From positions 1 through 45,425 of the forward strand of contig JASGGF010000001.1 in the NCBI GenBank assembly GCA_047605145.1: 45,425 bases of DNA, written 5' to 3'. The notes beneath the pieces were generated by a model. That model was not told the DNA's origin and did not search any database. It saw nothing but the letters and a program-made list of their open reading frames with translations. Position numbers and translations under genes: made by a program. Source of the DNA: Thermomicrobiales bacterium. Its GTDB lineage: Bacteria > Chloroflexota > Chloroflexia > Thermomicrobiales > UBA6265. Below, one piece after another: positions 43,969-45,425 of this stretch; the first letter of the stretch is position 1, and every line of letters begins with the position of its first letter.

Positions 43969-44646
43969 GTGATTGGTCGACTGGAAGAGGCGCTGTCGCG
44001 GGTCATCGACGGCGGGGTCTCCGCCGTTTTTCGGCTGTCCCTGCAACCGGCCGAGATTGGGCGGCAGCTGGAGCGCGCGCTGCTGGATTCGCGGCGTGTG
44101 GCCATGGGCCACGCGATTGGAGCGAACCGCTACACCGTGCGCTTGCATCCTGATGACTTCGCCCAGTTCGCGGACTGGGAAGCGGCCATGGCCCGGGAGC
44201 TGGAGGACGGTCTGGCGGAGATTGCCTTTCGCCAGAGCATCGCTCCGGTCGGGGCGATCCGGGTCACGGTCTTCGCAGACCCGGCGGTGCGACGACGCAC
44301 GGTCAAGGTGACCAGCGCCTACGACGACATGGCGCCCGGTCCTGCGCCCGTTCGAGCCCAGCCCGCGATGAAACTGCGGGAGGTGGGAACAGGCACGCGG
44401 GTGGTTCCGCTCCAAGGCGACACGATCCGGGTTGGCCGCGCTGCCGGAAACGATGTCGTGATCGACGCGGCGGAGGTCTCCCGCGAGCACGCGGAACTGC
44501 GCCGGCATGGCGGCACGTGGAAGGTGCACGATCTCGGCAGCCGGAATGGCACGTGGGTGAATGGCCGAAAGGTGACAGAAGCCGTGCTGCAACCCGGCGA
44601 CGAGATCCGGTTTGGGCAGACCGGGTTCCGGTTCGAGAGGTCATGA
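43969..44646 (+). CDS. fhaA: FhaA-like protein (DUF3662-type N-domain + C-terminal FHA domain)
   Basis: N-terminal LEEALSRVIDG...FRLSLQPAEIGRQLERAL pattern. The FHA core is IRVGRAAGNDVVIDAAEVSREHAEL...DLGSRNGTWVNG. Confidence 0.8.
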   Translation: MIGRLEEALSRVIDGGVSAVFRLSLQPAEIGRQLERALLDSRRVAMGHAIGANRYTVRLHPDDFAQFADWEAAMARELEDGLAEIAFRQSIAPVGAIRVTVFADPAVRRRTVKVTSAYDDMAPGPAPVRAQPAMKLREVGTGTRVVPLQGDTIRVGRAAGNDVVIDAAEVSREHAELRRHGGTWKVHDLGSRNGTWVNGRKVTEAVLQPGDEIRFGQTGFRFERS

Positions 44647-45140
44647 TCGAGGCGATGTTCTCCAGCGACTGGCTGACCTCGAGCGCCCGGCTGCTCTTTG
44701 TCGGGGCGATCTACCTGTTCCTGTTCCTCGTGCTGCGGTCAACGACGCGTCAGCTGGGAGCGATCGCCCGTGGCGCCGGACGCGCCAGCGCCACCCCGGG
44801 CGGCTCCGATGCCGCCAGACTGGTCGTCATTGAGCCCTCTGGCTCGTCACTGGCGCGGGGGGACGCGCTGGCTCTGGAGCCAGAGTCCGTGATCGGCCGC
44901 GACCGTGACGTGGCGGTCGTGCTCGATGACCCGCATGTTTCCGCCCGTCACGCAGAACTGCTACTGCAAGGCGACCAATGGTGGCTGCGTGACCTTGACA
45001 GTCGCAACGGGACGTTGCTGAACGAACAACCGGTACATTCGGTCGTGGCCGTGCATTCCGGCGATGTCCTACAATGCGCCGGTGTCCGGCTGCGGTTCAT
45101 GATGGCGCACGCGTCGCCGGCTGAATCCTTGCTCGTCTGA
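44643..45140 (+). CDS. fhaB: FhaB/FipA-like membrane-anchored FHA-domain protein
   Basis: The ATG overlaps the fhaA stop (ATGA). N-terminal TM segment LLFVGAIYLFLFLVL. The FHA core is VIGRDRDVAVVLDDPHVSARHAEL...DLDSRNGTLLN. Confidence 0.75.
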   Translation: MIEAMFSSDWLTSSARLLFVGAIYLFLFLVLRSTTRQLGAIARGAGRASATPGGSDAARLVVIEPSGSSLARGDALALEPESVIGRDRDVAVVLDDPHVSARHAELLLQGDQWWLRDLDSRNGTLLNEQPVHSVVAVHSGDVLQCAGVRLRFMMAHASPAESLLV

Positions 45141-45153
45141 TTTCGGAGGACTG

Positions 45154-45425
45154 GTGTCCTTGGCATCATCTGCTCGCCCGTCAATGCCTCCCCGGACCCC
45201 CGCATCCGACCCATCCCGAACGACCCAATTGCAGCGAACCGCGCCGCACCGCGCGCCGTTTGCCCTGCCAGCGTGGGTGCGCGGGCTGTGGCTCGGCTTC
45301 GCCGGCCTCCTCGCCATCGGCGCCCTGATCGCCGCCGTCCTGCTGGTGAGCGTGCGCACCTCGTACGCGAACCGCATCTACCCAAATGTCAGCGTGGCGG
45401 ACGTAGAACTGGGTGGCCTGCCCCT
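45154..45425 (+). CDS. partial CDS (5' end, runs off window): membrane-anchored VanW/YoaR-like protein
   Basis: Open frame to the window end, not in the track because no stop is reached. GGAGGA at 45145..45150 precedes GTG 45154 / TTG 45160. A TM segment LWLGFAGLLAIGALIAAVLLV is followed by RIYPNVSVADVELGGLP, resembling the start of VanW-family proteins. Confidence 0.5.
   Translation, partial: MSLASSARPSMPPRTPASDPSRTTQLQRTAPHRAPFALPAWVRGLWLGFAGLLAIGALIAAVLLVSVRTSYANRIYPNVSVADVELGGLP

Overview
By eye this window is about two-thirds G+C. It is a densely coding bacterial chromosomal segment with about 50 protein genes on both strands. Many gene pairs have 4-nt start/stop overlaps (GTGA/ATGA), and there are a few Rho-independent terminators. 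I recognised no rRNA, tRNA, CRISPR array, transposase, integrase, phage gene or known defence gene. Several features suggest a high-GC monoderm-like lineage (Chloroflexota/Thermomicrobia-like or Actinomycetota-like): many twin-arginine signal peptides, F420/PPOX-type paralogs, an FhaA/FhaB pair, and yraN-rnhB-rplS synteny. I cannot verify the lineage without a search.

Most genes are housekeeping or ordinary metabolism:
- moaA, moaB, hisS, rnhB, yraN, rplS, ilvD, rpe, hflX
- an FGGY kinase, a type I phosphomannose isomerase, a 3-hydroxyacyl-CoA dehydrogenase, a homocysteine S-methyltransferase, an ABC-2 exporter, MFS and LysE transporters, and a GH3 glycosidase

Three regions are the best candidates for something undescribed:
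1. **20.0-27.3 kb.** A catalytically intact, apparently cytoplasmic copper amine oxidase and a VOC/glyoxalase-fold protein sit inside a rearranged sugar-type (CUT1) ABC importer. The importer has two paralogous Tat-exported binding proteins and no ATPase or regulator gene.
2. **33-39 kb.** This region holds an argininosuccinate-lyase homolog in which every catalytic motif I can align is degenerate. It is followed by hflX and a tightly linked orphan mglA-type Ras-like GTPase. Next to these lie a divergent SAM-methyltransferase and an APH-fold kinase.
3. **27.4-28.3 kb.** A pair of small membrane-anchored proteins: one periodic and possibly beta-solenoid-like, the other YtxH-like.

The many very long ORFs lying antisense to recognised genes are high-GC shadow frames, and I rejected them. 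All family calls come from motif recognition by eye, and gene starts are often uncertain by tens of codons.
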